Source: Planctomycetota bacterium (lineage in GTDB: Bacteria > Planctomycetota > UBA1135 > UBA2386). From it: a DNA stretch of 64,000 nt. Shown in pieces: positions 28,188 to 38,063 of this stretch. Below the pieces are notes generated by a model. It was given only the letters and a program-made list of their open reading frames with translations. It had not been told where the DNA came from and did no database searches. The position numbers and the translations under genes were made by a program. The stretch covers positions 1,536,001-1,600,000 of the forward strand of contig OZ245838.1 in the NCBI GenBank assembly GCA_965228735.1, written 5' to 3'. Each line of letters starts with the position of its first letter. Within the stretch, counting starts at the first letter, position 1.

Positions 28188-28703
28188 TCAGCGCTTGCCG
28201 GCGTCGCGCTCGAGCCCGGTCTTGGGCTCCCGGTCCTTCGTACCGCGCTTTTCGAACAGCTTCTGCAGTCGGGCGTAATCGAACTCGCTCTCGTCGTTGT
28301 AGTTCTCGATTTGCAGATCGAGGTCGATCCGGCGGGCCCCGACGAGCACGATCCGGCGCTGCTCGCTCGAACCACCGCGGGCCTCGTAGACCGCGAGCTG
28401 GCGACCGTTCGTGTCGAGCACGTAGAGCACCGACGTGCCGACGCCGTAACTGCCGGTGACAGCGACGAAACCGTTCGCGCTGGCGCTGTTGCCGCCGTTC
28501 TCGGTGTAGACCACTTCCGGAGCGCTCGTGCCCTCCCGCGGCTCCACGATCGGCGGTGGGTTGACCGGGCCGCGGCCCTGCGCGTGCAGCGGGGTCGGGT
28601 TCTGCCAATGCGTGATCCACTGGCCCAGCAGGAACATCGCGCCGAAGCCGACGCCAATCAGGAGGGCCGAAGGGACAGACAATCGAGGGGTCGGGGCTGC
28701 CAT
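28188..28703 (-). CDS. Hypothetical membrane-anchored protein
   Basis: N-terminal TM; LYVLDTNGRQLAVYE...GARRIDLDL. Start estimated at MAAPTPR. Confidence 0.75.
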   Translation of the reverse strand: MAAPTPRLSVPSALLIGVGFGAMFLLGQWITHWQNPTPLHAQGRGPVNPPPIVEPREGTSAPEVVYTENGGNSASANGFVAVTGSYGVGTSVLYVLDTNGRQLAVYEARGGSSEQRRIVLVGARRIDLDLQIENYNDESEFDYARLQKLFEKRGTKDREPKTGLERDAGKR

Positions 28704-28725
28704 GGGGGCGGCCACTCTACCCGAT

Positions 28726-31227
28726 TCAGCGGACGACGTCGTAGGGCAGATAGCCGAACTCGGGCGCCCGGTCGCCGCTGGCCAGATCCACGAACAGCAG
28801 CCGGATCCGGGTGGCCGGTCCGCCACCGGCCGCCGCGTCGACCGCGGCCAGCGGGACCGACAGCTCGCCGTCCCGGATGTCCACCTGCGGCAGGAACGGC
28901 AGCGTCTGCAGCACCTGGCCCGCGGTCGCCCCCGTGTCGGCCACGAGCTCGTCGCCGTGGACCAGCAGTTCGCTGCCGATCAACCCGCGCCGCCGCCCCG
29001 AGAACGGGTCGTTGTCGGCGTCGAGGTAGATCGCGAACTGCGACGTCGCGTGCTGCGGCGAACCGTCGAGGTCGAAGCGGTCCCAGCTGCGGAACCGGAT
29101 GTAGAGGTTGGTGTCGTCGTTGGCGACCTGCAGGAACTGCCAGTCCGGCCCGCCCGAGGTGCCCTGGGTGCGCCAGTCGAACATCCGGATCGGTCGCTGC
29201 AGCCAGTCGTCGAAGTCGCCGTCGATGACGATCCCGGGCACGTCGTCCGGCGTCGTGACGCGGAGCACGACGCGGTTGTCGTCCTCGTTGCCCGCGGAGT
29301 CGACCGCGCGCACGGCGAGCCAGTAGCTCGTCGACCGCCGCAGCCCGTCGAGCCGGTACTCGTACGGGAACACGGCGGGCCCGACGCCGTTCTCGTAGCC
29401 CTCGCCGACCGCAGGCAGCATCTCGATCCGCGTCGCGCGTTCGAACCAGCGGTCGGACTGGTTCGACCGGTAGCGGCGGTCGCTGTGGTAGAGCACGTAG
29501 CGCACCGGGTTGAGGTCGCGCGCGACGTCCCAGCGCACGACCGCGGCCCCGGGCTCGGCGACGGCCTGCTGGATCCCGACGCGCGGTTGCGGCGCGCCCG
29601 GCGGAGTCGGGTAGCCCGGATCGTTGACGTTGTAGGTGCTCGTCCAGACCGGCGGTGCGGTATCGGACAGGTCGCCGTGGTCGGCGACGAAGCGGTTGAG
29701 CACGCTGCCGGCCGCGTCGTGGATGTAGTGCCGGTAGCCCGCGACCTCCTGCGCCTCGCGCACGTCGTCGAGCAACGTCGAGAGGCCGCCCAACGCGTTG
29801 CCCGTGAGCGTGGCATGGTCGATCCCCGGGCCTTCGGCGTAGCCGAGCGACAGGATCTGGAACCCGCGATCGCGGTAGGCCTCGGCCTGCAGCTTCGGGC
29901 CCCAGCTGTGCTTGTTCGCCGCGAACGTGTAGGCGTCGAACTCCTGGCCGCTGTTGCGGTCGAGGCGGTAGTTCTCGATCTTGACGAAGTCGAGCAATCG
30001 CCGCGGCGCGACCTCGTAGTGCGGCAGATCCGGGTGGAAGAAGAACAGCCCGCGGTTCTGCAGGATCAGCGCCTCCGGATACTGCGCGCGCAGGCGATCG
30101 ACGAGGCTGCCGTAGCCGGCCGCGGTCCACTCGAACTCGGCCTGGTCGGGATCCGACGGCCCCGTCCAGAGGTTGGGCGCGCAGGTGTCGACGTTGTCGA
30201 GGTAGACGCCGTCGCAGCCGAGCCCGAGCCCGTGGCCGAGCGTCAGCAGCTCGCGAAAGCCGTTGCGACCGTCCGGGCCCGCGCACTCCATCGCGTCGAG
30301 CGCGTCGAACCACGCCGGGTCCCCCATGTTCACGTAGCACGCGCCCGTGACCGAGTTGCGGTCCGGCACGCCGTCGCCGACGCCGTTCGACTCGAGCGAG
30401 TTGTCGTCGAGATAGAACGACGCGTAGCCGCCGCTGACGGACGGCAGCCCGAGCGGGTCGAGACCGGTCAGCGGTTGCCCGGCCGCACCGGCGCCGCGCG
30501 GGTCGACGCGCGGCCCTGTGCCGTCGCCGACGAACCGCGGGTCCGCCTGCAGCTGACTGGCGGTCAGTCCGATCGTGCGCTCGTCCTCGCCGACGTTGAC
30601 GTAGCCGAGCACGAGCACGTCGTCGCTCGGATCCGCGGGATCCACGCCGTCCTGGATGGCCGCGACCAGCGACCTCGTGATGCTCGGGTGGCACGAGTAC
30701 AGGATCACGAGGTCGAACGTCTCGCACACCGCGACCTTGCTCGCGTCCATCGGCCCGAAGTGGATCAGGTACTGCTCCACCCGCCGCGCGGCCGACGGCA
30801 CGTTCAACACGCTGCCGCTCGTCGCGATCACGGCGGTCCGCGTCGGATCGTCGCCGCCGCCGAGGGGCGTCACCGTGACCTCGAAGTCGACGGCCGCGCG
30901 CGCCCCGAGATCCGCGTAGGCGTCCCAGTGGACGAGGTGCCGCGTGCCGTCCGGTGACGTCGCGAGCGCCGTCGTCGCTTCCCGCACGGCGGCCGGCGCG
31001 AACGTGGCGCCGCCGTCGACCGAGTAGCGCACCTCGACGTCGGTCGGGTCGCCCTCCGGGTCGACGAGCACGAACTCGACCGGCACGAGGCCGCTCGCGC
31101 GTTCCGCGACCGCGACGCCGCTCACCGTGGTCGCGGCTGATCCGCCACGCCCGCCGCCACCGCTGCAGCCCGAAACGAGCAGAGCGGTGACGCCGGCGAG
31201 AACGCCGACGCCAGACTTGATCCCCAT
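28726..31227 (-). CDS. Lipoprotein with GH114/PelA(GH166)-like TIM barrel and FN3-like domain
   Basis: Lipobox VSGC; LGYVNVGED, GCDGVYLDNVDT, YPEALILQNRG; YWLAVRAVDSAGNED. Confidence 0.75.
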   Translation of the reverse strand: MGIKSGVGVLAGVTALLVSGCSGGGGRGGSAATTVSGVAVAERASGLVPVEFVLVDPEGDPTDVEVRYSVDGGATFAPAAVREATTALATSPDGTRHLVHWDAYADLGARAAVDFEVTVTPLGGGDDPTRTAVIATSGSVLNVPSAARRVEQYLIHFGPMDASKVAVCETFDLVILYSCHPSITRSLVAAIQDGVDPADPSDDVLVLGYVNVGEDERTIGLTASQLQADPRFVGDGTGPRVDPRGAGAAGQPLTGLDPLGLPSVSGGYASFYLDDNSLESNGVGDGVPDRNSVTGACYVNMGDPAWFDALDAMECAGPDGRNGFRELLTLGHGLGLGCDGVYLDNVDTCAPNLWTGPSDPDQAEFEWTAAGYGSLVDRLRAQYPEALILQNRGLFFFHPDLPHYEVAPRRLLDFVKIENYRLDRNSGQEFDAYTFAANKHSWGPKLQAEAYRDRGFQILSLGYAEGPGIDHATLTGNALGGLSTLLDDVREAQEVAGYRHYIHDAAGSVLNRFVADHGDLSDTAPPVWTSTYNVNDPGYPTPPGAPQPRVGIQQAVAEPGAAVVRWDVARDLNPVRYVLYHSDRRYRSNQSDRWFERATRIEMLPAVGEGYENGVGPAVFPYEYRLDGLRRSTSYWLAVRAVDSAGNEDDNRVVLRVTTPDDVPGIVIDGDFDDWLQRPIRMFDWRTQGTSGGPDWQFLQVANDDTNLYIRFRSWDRFDLDGSPQHATSQFAIYLDADNDPFSGRRRGLIGSELLVHGDELVADTGATAGQVLQTLPFLPQVDIRDGELSVPLAAVDAAAGGGPATRIRLLFVDLASGDRAPEFGYLPYDVVR

Positions 31228-31350
31228 GGCAGTGGTGTTCGGTCGGTGCAGCCCCCACCTTGTGGCCCGGATCGGGACGTTCCCGTAGGTGGGGACCAGT
31301 CGCCGGTGGCATCGCGGGTTGCGGCGCGGACCCGCAGCGGTCCCCGGCGT

Positions 31351-32202
31351 TCAGTCGACCTCGAACCGGCCGTGCTTCAGGAACGCGAGCACCTGTTCGC
31401 AGGTCCGCGGCGCGGTCGTGATCTCCGTGTGGCCGAGCGGCAGCACGACTTTCGCGGCACCGGGCAGCTCGGCCTCGACGACCCGGACCGTACCGTCGTC
31501 GTTGCCCGGCAGCGACGCGTTGCCCTCGCCGATGTCCCCCACGATGACCCCCGACCGCTCGACGAACGGAATCGGCCGGTCGTGGAACGGATCGACCCGA
31601 CCCAGCTGCTTCGCGGCCTGGTCGCCCATGATCCAGCGGAACGGGAACCACCGCTTGCGGAGGTCCGCGAGCATCGCGCCGCGGACCGGCGTCGCGATGT
31701 AGACGCACGCTCGCGTCGGCGCATACGCCGACGCGCGCCGGCGCAACAGCTCGTGGATCACGAGCCCGCCGAGGGAGTGTCCGACGAAGTGCCACGCCGT
31801 GACCGGCCCCGCGGCCGCGACCGGCTCGAGCTGTTCGGCGACGTGCTCCGCGTGCTGCTCGATCGTCGCCATCGTGCTCCGGTAGTCGACGTTGTGCACC
31901 TCGTAGCCGTGTGATTCGAGCGTGCGTTCGAGCCGCCCGAGCGCGTACGACGACCGCAGCAGGCCGTGCACGAGCACGACGACGTGACGGCCCTCGGCCG
32001 GCGCCCGCAGGTCGGGGCGCTCGGGCGTGAAGGCGAAGTTCTTGGGGTAGTCGTAGATCCAGGCGATCGGCAGTCCCGCGAGGACGAGGCCGAAGTAGCC
32101 GAGGACCACCCCGAGCGAACCGAACCCCAGCCGCCGCCAGAAGCGCCGGCGCGGTCGCGCCCGCGGCGTCGACGCCGCGACGTCAGTGCCCGGCGCCGAC
32201 AT
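31351..32202 (-). CDS. Alpha/beta hydrolase (lipase/esterase-like)
   Basis: VLVHGL, GHSLGG nucleophile elbow, DDGTV, GH. Confidence 0.88.
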   Translation of the reverse strand: MSAPGTDVAASTPRARPRRRFWRRLGFGSLGVVLGYFGLVLAGLPIAWIYDYPKNFAFTPERPDLRAPAEGRHVVVLVHGLLRSSYALGRLERTLESHGYEVHNVDYRSTMATIEQHAEHVAEQLEPVAAAGPVTAWHFVGHSLGGLVIHELLRRRASAYAPTRACVYIATPVRGAMLADLRKRWFPFRWIMGDQAAKQLGRVDPFHDRPIPFVERSGVIVGDIGEGNASLPGNDDGTVRVVEAELPGAAKVVLPLGHTEITTAPRTCEQVLAFLKHGRFEVD

Positions 32203-32845
32203 CGACCTCTGCCGTTGTGCCGTTCGTCGCATCGGCGGCGATCAGCCCGCTGTGCAGGCGCGCGTCCCACGGCAGGCCGGCGAGCACGGCGGCCTCGTGC
32301 GCCGTGAGCGCGCGCCAGCGCTCTGCCACGTACCCGGCGTCGGTGAGCGCGATCGCGATGTCGCGATAGAGCACTTCGTGGCGCGCCTCCGCCTCGACGA
32401 GGTCGGCGTAGAACGCCGCGAGCTCGGCGTCGGTGTCCGCGAGCTCCCGCGACAGCAACGCCATGCGTTCCGACGACCGGGCTTCGATGATCGCCGCGAC
32501 GAGCAGCTCGTCGACGAGGCGGTGCGGCATGTCGCGCCCGATGCCGTCCTTGAGCCCGGCCGCGTAGCCCGTCTGGCGCTGGCGGCCGAACGGGACGCCG
32601 CGCGCATCGAGCAGCCGCAGCGTGCGCTCGAAGTGCACGAGCTCTTCGCGCGCGAGCGCCGACAGGCCGCGCTGCCAACGCGAGTCGTAGGGCACGCGGA
32701 AGAGGAACGTCGACGCGCCGGCGGCCGCCTTCTTCTCGAGGTGCGCCTGGTCGATCAGCAGGTCCCGCCGGCAGGACTCGGACCGCAGACGCCGCGCCCA
32801 ACTCGCGGGAGTCGTGCTGGCGAGGGTCGCGGCGGTGTCGGTCAT
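32183..32845 (-). CDS. miaE: tRNA-(ms2io6A37) hydroxylase MiaE
   Basis: Di-iron motifs AHLEKKAA, LAREELVHFE, IIEARSSERM, EARH. Start estimated at MTDTAA. Confidence 0.88.
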   Translation of the reverse strand: MTDTAATLASTTPASWARRLRSESCRRDLLIDQAHLEKKAAAGASTFLFRVPYDSRWQRGLSALAREELVHFERTLRLLDARGVPFGRQRQTGYAAGLKDGIGRDMPHRLVDELLVAAIIEARSSERMALLSRELADTDAELAAFYADLVEAEARHEVLYRDIAIALTDAGYVAERWRALTAHEAAVLAGLPWDARLHSGLIAADATNGTTAEVDVGAGH

Positions 32846-32865
32846 GCCCCGCGAACGTAGCGCGG

Positions 32866-33429
32866 TCAGCGGCGCCGCGCGACCGCTTCGCGAACGAGCG
32901 CGGCCGGCGACGTCGCCGCCCCGGCACGACGTGGGCCGACAGCGTCGACCGCCGTCACGGCCGCTTCGTGCGAACCGTCGAGCCGCAGCCGCTGCCCGTC
33001 CCACTCGAACTCGAGCACCTGCGCCTGACCCGAGCCCGGGTCCTTGTCGATGGCGACGGCCGCGCGGGCGCCCCGCACTTCGGCAGCGAGCACGGGTTGT
33101 CGCATCAGCTCCGCGAACGTCCACGAGCGCTCCGTAACGAGCGCCTGCAGCGTCGCCGGGTCGAGCTGGCGCTGCACGGTCTCGAGCTGGCGCTGCAGCC
33201 GCTGGCGGTGCGCCGGCGTGACGGCCGCCTCGAACTGCCTGATGTCACCGCGCGCGCATGCCACGTCGACGCGCGCCGCCGCCATCTTGAGCTGGAGCAG
33301 ATCCTGCGGCCGCAGTTCGACCCCTTCCTGTAGGGGGCTCGGCCAACTGCCCGGGAGGAACGGGAACGCGACGAGCGCCGCGCCTAACGCGGCGACGGCC
33401 GTGAGCCACAACGTGCGGTCAGTTCGCAT
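32866..33429 (-). CDS. Hypothetical membrane-anchored protein
   Basis: N-terminal TM; start overlaps the stop of the upstream gene. Confidence 0.65.
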   Translation of the reverse strand: MRTDRTLWLTAVAALGAALVAFPFLPGSWPSPLQEGVELRPQDLLQLKMAAARVDVACARGDIRQFEAAVTPAHRQRLQRQLETVQRQLDPATLQALVTERSWTFAELMRQPVLAAEVRGARAAVAIDKDPGSGQAQVLEFEWDGQRLRLDGSHEAAVTAVDAVGPRRAGAATSPAALVREAVARRR

Positions 33430-36400
33430 AGGTCACCTTGGTCACTCCGGGAGCGAACCGCACGAGCACGCCGCCGGCAGCGGCCGCGCTGCGGGTGATG
33501 GCGCTCTGGTGCGGCAGTTCGTCTTCACTCACGATCACGCCGTTCTCGATCGCGCTCGGTCGCGGGCCTCGCAGCACCGCGGTGTAGGGCAGACCGGTCG
33601 GCCGTTCCGGCACCGCCGCCGTGACGAGCAGGAGCTCGCGCGCGGCCTCGTCGTACTCGCAGCGCACGAGCGGCGCGCCCGTGCACGCGACGTGCGGCGC
33701 GGTCGCGTTGCGCGTGCTCGTCTCGATGCGGTACTCCCCGGGCCGATCCGGGAGGTACACGGTGCGACCATCGAACCACGACCATGTCGCGCCGTTGACG
33801 GTCACCGCATCGAAGTCGCGCGCCATGACCACGCAGGGCGGCGCGAGGCGTCCGGGCTGCAGGACCCGCGCCGTGACGCTGCCGGGCGCCGGATCGCGCA
33901 ACGCGAGGATGCGGAGGGCCCCCGGGCCCGGGCGCGTGCGCGCCAGCACGGCAGGTCCGCCGACGACCTCGATCGTGTCGCCCGGCGCCTGGAACACCCG
34001 CAGGTAGCGGCCCGCTCCCGCCCCGGCATCGGGCGCGAACTGCGCGCCGCGCCAAGTCCACCACCCGTTCTCGCGCACCATGAACGGCGTGTTCCCCGCG
34101 GGACTCGACGGCGTGTGCACGCGCAGCAACCGGGTCCACGGCGTCGTCAGCCCCTGCATCAGGGTCCCGACCCCGCGGTCGCCGAGTTCGAGCAGCATCG
34201 GCTGGTCGACGGCGCGCAGGCGCACGCTCGTCTCCTTGACGTTCACGGCCAGAGCCCGGCCCTCGCCGCGCGGCGCGAGCCAGAACCCGATGCGACTCTC
34301 GCTGCCCGTCTCGGGCGCGCTGTGCATCGTCAGGCGACCGGCCTCGAAGCGGAAGTGGTCGTAGCGCGCGAGCTGCAGCGGCACGACGACGAGGTCGGGC
34401 AGGCCGGCCTTGCTCGAGCGCAGCGCGAACGGGCGCCGCAGGCGGGTCGCGGGCTCGGCCGCGTGCGTCAGGCCGTCGTAGTCGCGGAGGCCGAACGCGC
34501 GTTCGACGCGCAGATTGCGGACCGCGCGTTCACAACGCAGTCGCAGGAGGAAGCCGGGGAAGTCGCCGATCGTGCGCAGGTCGACCGTCTCCGCGTGGTA
34601 GCTCGACGCCGATCGTTCGACGACCTCGGCGACGTGGCCCGCCGCGATCGCGACCTCCGCTTCGGCGGCGACGTCACCGCGCCGCACGAGCCGCAGGCGA
34701 TCCAGCGCGACGGCGCCGCCCTCGAGCACCGCGAGCTCGAGCGTGCGGACTCCCTCCACCGCGACGTGCACCGGGACGGTGAGCGCCGGGGATCGACGCT
34801 GGACGGAGAACGGTTCGCAGTGCAGCAGCGTGCCGTCGAGGCCGATCGCGAGCACGCCCTGCCGCCGCACCGCGCGCAGCTCGATATCGAGCTCGTAGTA
34901 GCCCGTCGCGAGCGTCTCCTCGAGGTGCACGCGCTGCGGCCAACGCGGCTGCTCGTCGAACGCGATCGTCGCGGGCAGCCGGCGCGCCTGACCCAGCGCG
35001 TCGCCGACGACGCTCGTGCGCCCGTAGCCGCTCGGGCCGCCGCGTTCGCCCGGTCGTTCGGAGCCGCGTTCGCCGCCGACCCCACTCCGGCCCCCGACCC
35101 GGCCCCCGACCCGACCTACGGGCGCGAGCCCGGGCGCGAGGAAATCGACGTCGTACGACCGGATCGAGCTCGCGCTCGGCCGCCCGCCGTGCAGCCTGGT
35201 ATGCAGGAACTGCGGACTCACGACGACACCCTCGCCGGGCCGGAAGCGCGCCTCGCCCGTCGGATCGAACAGCAGGCCGCCTCCGCTGCCGAGCAGCCGG
35301 AACCAGTTGTTCTGCAGCAGGTGCACCGCTGCGGGCACCGGCAGTTCGCCGCCGAAGCCTGCCGGCGTGGCGTCGTCGAGTCGGCCGATGGCGGCGCGAT
35401 ACCCGTTCCGGCCCGTCGCCGCGCATTGCGTGGCGACGGCCGCGCGGAGCGGATCGAGCGAGATGCCGTGCACGTACTCGAGCCCACGCGAACCGAGCGT
35501 CGCCGGGTCGTGATGGCGCCACCACATCGCCGCCCCGCGGCCGCGACGCGGGCGCACGAAGTCGTTCGCCTGCGTGACGATCCAGTCGCCGAAACTGCCC
35601 CCGCCGTAGGTCGGCCCGAACGCCGACGGCAGCGGTCGTTCGACCCGCGCGTCGAGCACACCGAACGGGAACAGGTCGGCCGGGAAACCGTCGCGCCAGT
35701 CGCTCGACACGCCGGCCGCGCCGAGCCCGCGCAGCGCGCCGTCCTCGGCGTCGAGCACGCGCACGCTGCCCGCGATCGCCGGTGCGCGTTCGCCGACGCG
35801 GTACAGCTCCGCGGCCGGATGCAGGTCCTGCACCATCGCCTTGCTATAGCCCGCGCGATCGACGAACCACTCGCGCAAACCGAACCCGTCGAGCGCGCGG
35901 TCGCCGAGGCGGCGCCAATCGGCGAGCTCGCGCGCGAAGAAGCGCAAGCTCGCGAGCCGCTCGTTGGTCCGTTCGCCGTGCGGCGGCGCGTCGAAGAAAC
36001 CGTGCGCGAGCATGCCGCGACCGTGCGCTTCGGTCGCGACGACGCCGAACGCATGGGCGTCGAACTGACCGCCGAAGGCATCGCCGCGATACCCGGCAGG
36101 GCGCCGCAGCGCGTCGCGATCGGCCCAGGCCAGCGGCGACCCGTGATCCGGATCCGTGACCACGAGCTCGAGCAGGTCGGCGCCGGCGGCCCAGCTCGGC
36201 GCGATCACCTCGTTCGCGAGCTCCGCCAGCGAGCGCGAAAGGCCCGGATCGTCACCGCTCTCGAGCCGGGTACTCCAGCCCCAGTGGGCGACGGTCGGCG
36301 TCATCGGCAGCTCGGCGCGCGGCGCCGTCTCGCCAGCGGGCGCCGCCGGCTGGCTTCCGGAATTGGAGGCGGTGTCCGCGCCCGGCAACGTGAGGAGCGC

Positions 36401-37279
36401 GACGGTCCGGTCGGCCCGTGACGTCGCAGCGTCGCCAGCGTTCGCGCCTGGCAGCCCGCCCATGAGATTCTGCAGCAGCCGTCGCGCGTTCCGCTGCAAC
36501 ACCGCGTCGTCGTTCTCGAGATCCGGCGCGAGTCCGAGCGCGACCGCCACGCCGCGCCCGTGCGGCCACGCAACGGCCACGGGCGGCCCCACGGACGGTT
36601 GCCCGTCGAACTCGGCGGCGAGCCGCGCGATCACGGCGCCGCTGCGCGGGGCGCCGACCGACCAGGCGCAGAGCGGCGTGCAGCACGGCGCGCCCCCCGC
36701 GAGGAAGAACGTGAACTCGTTCACCAACCCCGGGGTCGTACGAGGGGCATTCTGCAGGCCGTCGAACAGGTCGGCGTAGCGCCCCGACACGACCTCGACG
36801 CCGAGCTCCGCGCGCCCGGCGACGGTGCGCGCGTCGAACCCCCAGCGCAAGGCCTCGAGTTCGGGCCGTTCGGGTTCGAACCCGAGGTCGGTCGCGAGCG
36901 CCGCGGCATAGCCGAGCAGCACGAGATGACCGCCGCGCTCGACGAACTGACGCAGCCGCTCGACGACGGCGGGCTCGATCGCGAGCTCGGGTTCGCGCCA
37001 GCCGGGCACGGTGACGAGAATGCAGTCGATGCCCTCGATCGTCGGCGGCAGCGTCGTCGGGGTGAACGCGGCGACCCGCACCGCGGCTTCGTCGGCGAGC
37101 TCGCGCACGGCGGCCGGCACCACGCCGCCGCGGTGACCTCCCGTCGCGAGACACGCCGCGCCGACGAGGCCGAGGATCACGACGGTGATCGTCCGCCAGG
37201 CGCGCGCGGCGACCCGTGATCCCGATCCGGGATCGGTGGATCGGGCCGTCGCGCTCGCTGCCGATTCGATTCTGGCCAT
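33419..37279 (-). CDS. Large (~1290 aa) exported multidomain protein
   Basis: N-terminal TM/signal; class I GATase-like segment (LRQFVERGGHLVLLG); possible glycosidase-like barrel. Start estimated. Confidence 0.75.
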   Translation of the reverse strand: MARIESAASATARSTDPGSGSRVAARAWRTITVVILGLVGAACLATGGHRGGVVPAAVRELADEAAVRVAAFTPTTLPPTIEGIDCILVTVPGWREPELAIEPAVVERLRQFVERGGHLVLLGYAAALATDLGFEPERPELEALRWGFDARTVAGRAELGVEVVSGRYADLFDGLQNAPRTTPGLVNEFTFFLAGGAPCCTPLCAWSVGAPRSGAVIARLAAEFDGQPSVGPPVAVAWPHGRGVAVALGLAPDLENDDAVLQRNARRLLQNLMGGLPGANAGDAATSRADRTVALLTLPGADTASNSGSQPAAPAGETAPRAELPMTPTVAHWGWSTRLESGDDPGLSRSLAELANEVIAPSWAAGADLLELVVTDPDHGSPLAWADRDALRRPAGYRGDAFGGQFDAHAFGVVATEAHGRGMLAHGFFDAPPHGERTNERLASLRFFARELADWRRLGDRALDGFGLREWFVDRAGYSKAMVQDLHPAAELYRVGERAPAIAGSVRVLDAEDGALRGLGAAGVSSDWRDGFPADLFPFGVLDARVERPLPSAFGPTYGGGSFGDWIVTQANDFVRPRRGRGAAMWWRHHDPATLGSRGLEYVHGISLDPLRAAVATQCAATGRNGYRAAIGRLDDATPAGFGGELPVPAAVHLLQNNWFRLLGSGGGLLFDPTGEARFRPGEGVVVSPQFLHTRLHGGRPSASSIRSYDVDFLAPGLAPVGRVGGRVGGRSGVGGERGSERPGERGGPSGYGRTSVVGDALGQARRLPATIAFDEQPRWPQRVHLEETLATGYYELDIELRAVRRQGVLAIGLDGTLLHCEPFSVQRRSPALTVPVHVAVEGVRTLELAVLEGGAVALDRLRLVRRGDVAAEAEVAIAAGHVAEVVERSASSYHAETVDLRTIGDFPGFLLRLRCERAVRNLRVERAFGLRDYDGLTHAAEPATRLRRPFALRSSKAGLPDLVVVPLQLARYDHFRFEAGRLTMHSAPETGSESRIGFWLAPRGEGRALAVNVKETSVRLRAVDQPMLLELGDRGVGTLMQGLTTPWTRLLRVHTPSSPAGNTPFMVRENGWWTWRGAQFAPDAGAGAGRYLRVFQAPGDTIEVVGGPAVLARTRPGPGALRILALRDPAPGSVTARVLQPGRLAPPCVVMARDFDAVTVNGATWSWFDGRTVYLPDRPGEYRIETSTRNATAPHVACTGAPLVRCEYDEAARELLLVTAAVPERPTGLPYTAVLRGPRPSAIENGVIVSEDELPHQSAITRSAAAAGGVLVRFAPGVTKVTYAN

Positions 37280-37318
37280 CACGAACTGGGGGCTGGGTCC
37301 TACCATCGTTGCCATCGC

Positions 37319-38059
37319 ATGGATCGGCACGAACCCACCCCTGCCCTTGAGCAGCGTCTGTATTTTCGACAGTGGCTCGCGGGTCGCGACTTCGCGATCG
37401 GCGACCCGGTCGCCGCCCAGATGGCCAATTTCAGCTACGCGATCGGCGACAGCGAGTCCGGTGAGGCCGTGCTCGTGGACCCGTGTTACGCGGTGAACGA
37501 GCTGCTCGACAAGGTCGAGGCGGACGGGTTGAAGGTCACGGGCGTGCTCGCGACGCACTACCACCCCGACCACGTCGGCGGCGACATGATGGGCCATTCG
37601 ATGGAGGGCGTGCGCGAGCTGCTCACGCGTTGCCCGTGCAAGGTCCACGTGCAGCGGCCCGAGGTCGACTGGGTCAAACGCATGACCGGCTGCAGCGACA
37701 GCGACCTCGCGCAGCACGACAGCGGCGACGTCGTGCAGGTCGGCGAGATCCCGATCCAGCTGATCCACACGCCCGGGCACACGCCGGGATCGCAGTGCTT
37801 CCTCGTGCAGAACCGGCTCGTCGCCGGTGACACGCTGTTCCTCGAAGGCTGCGGCCGCACCGATCTGCCGGGTGGCGATCCGCGGCAGCTCTATCTGTCC
37901 ATCACGCAGAAGCTCGCGCACGTGCCGGACTCGGCCGTGCTCTATCCGGGGCACCTCTACGCACCGGAGGCGAGCGCGCCGCTCGGCGAGACCCGGAAGA
38001 GCAACTTCGTCTTCAAGCCGACGACGGAGGCCGAGTGGCTGCAGATGTTCGGCGGGTGA
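37319..38059 (+). CDS. MBL-fold metallo-hydrolase (glyoxalase II-like)
   Basis: THYHPDHVGG, HTPGHTPGS, GDTLF, YPGH. Confidence 0.92.
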   Translation: MDRHEPTPALEQRLYFRQWLAGRDFAIGDPVAAQMANFSYAIGDSESGEAVLVDPCYAVNELLDKVEADGLKVTGVLATHYHPDHVGGDMMGHSMEGVRELLTRCPCKVHVQRPEVDWVKRMTGCSDSDLAQHDSGDVVQVGEIPIQLIHTPGHTPGSQCFLVQNRLVAGDTLFLEGCGRTDLPGGDPRQLYLSITQKLAHVPDSAVLYPGHLYAPEASAPLGETRKSNFVFKPTTEAEWLQMFGG

Positions 38060-38063
38060 GTTC

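Noticed and set aside
37280..37954. N-terminal extension of the 1511-aa ORF 33419..37954
   Set aside because: Antisense to the well-supported MBL hydrolase gene.
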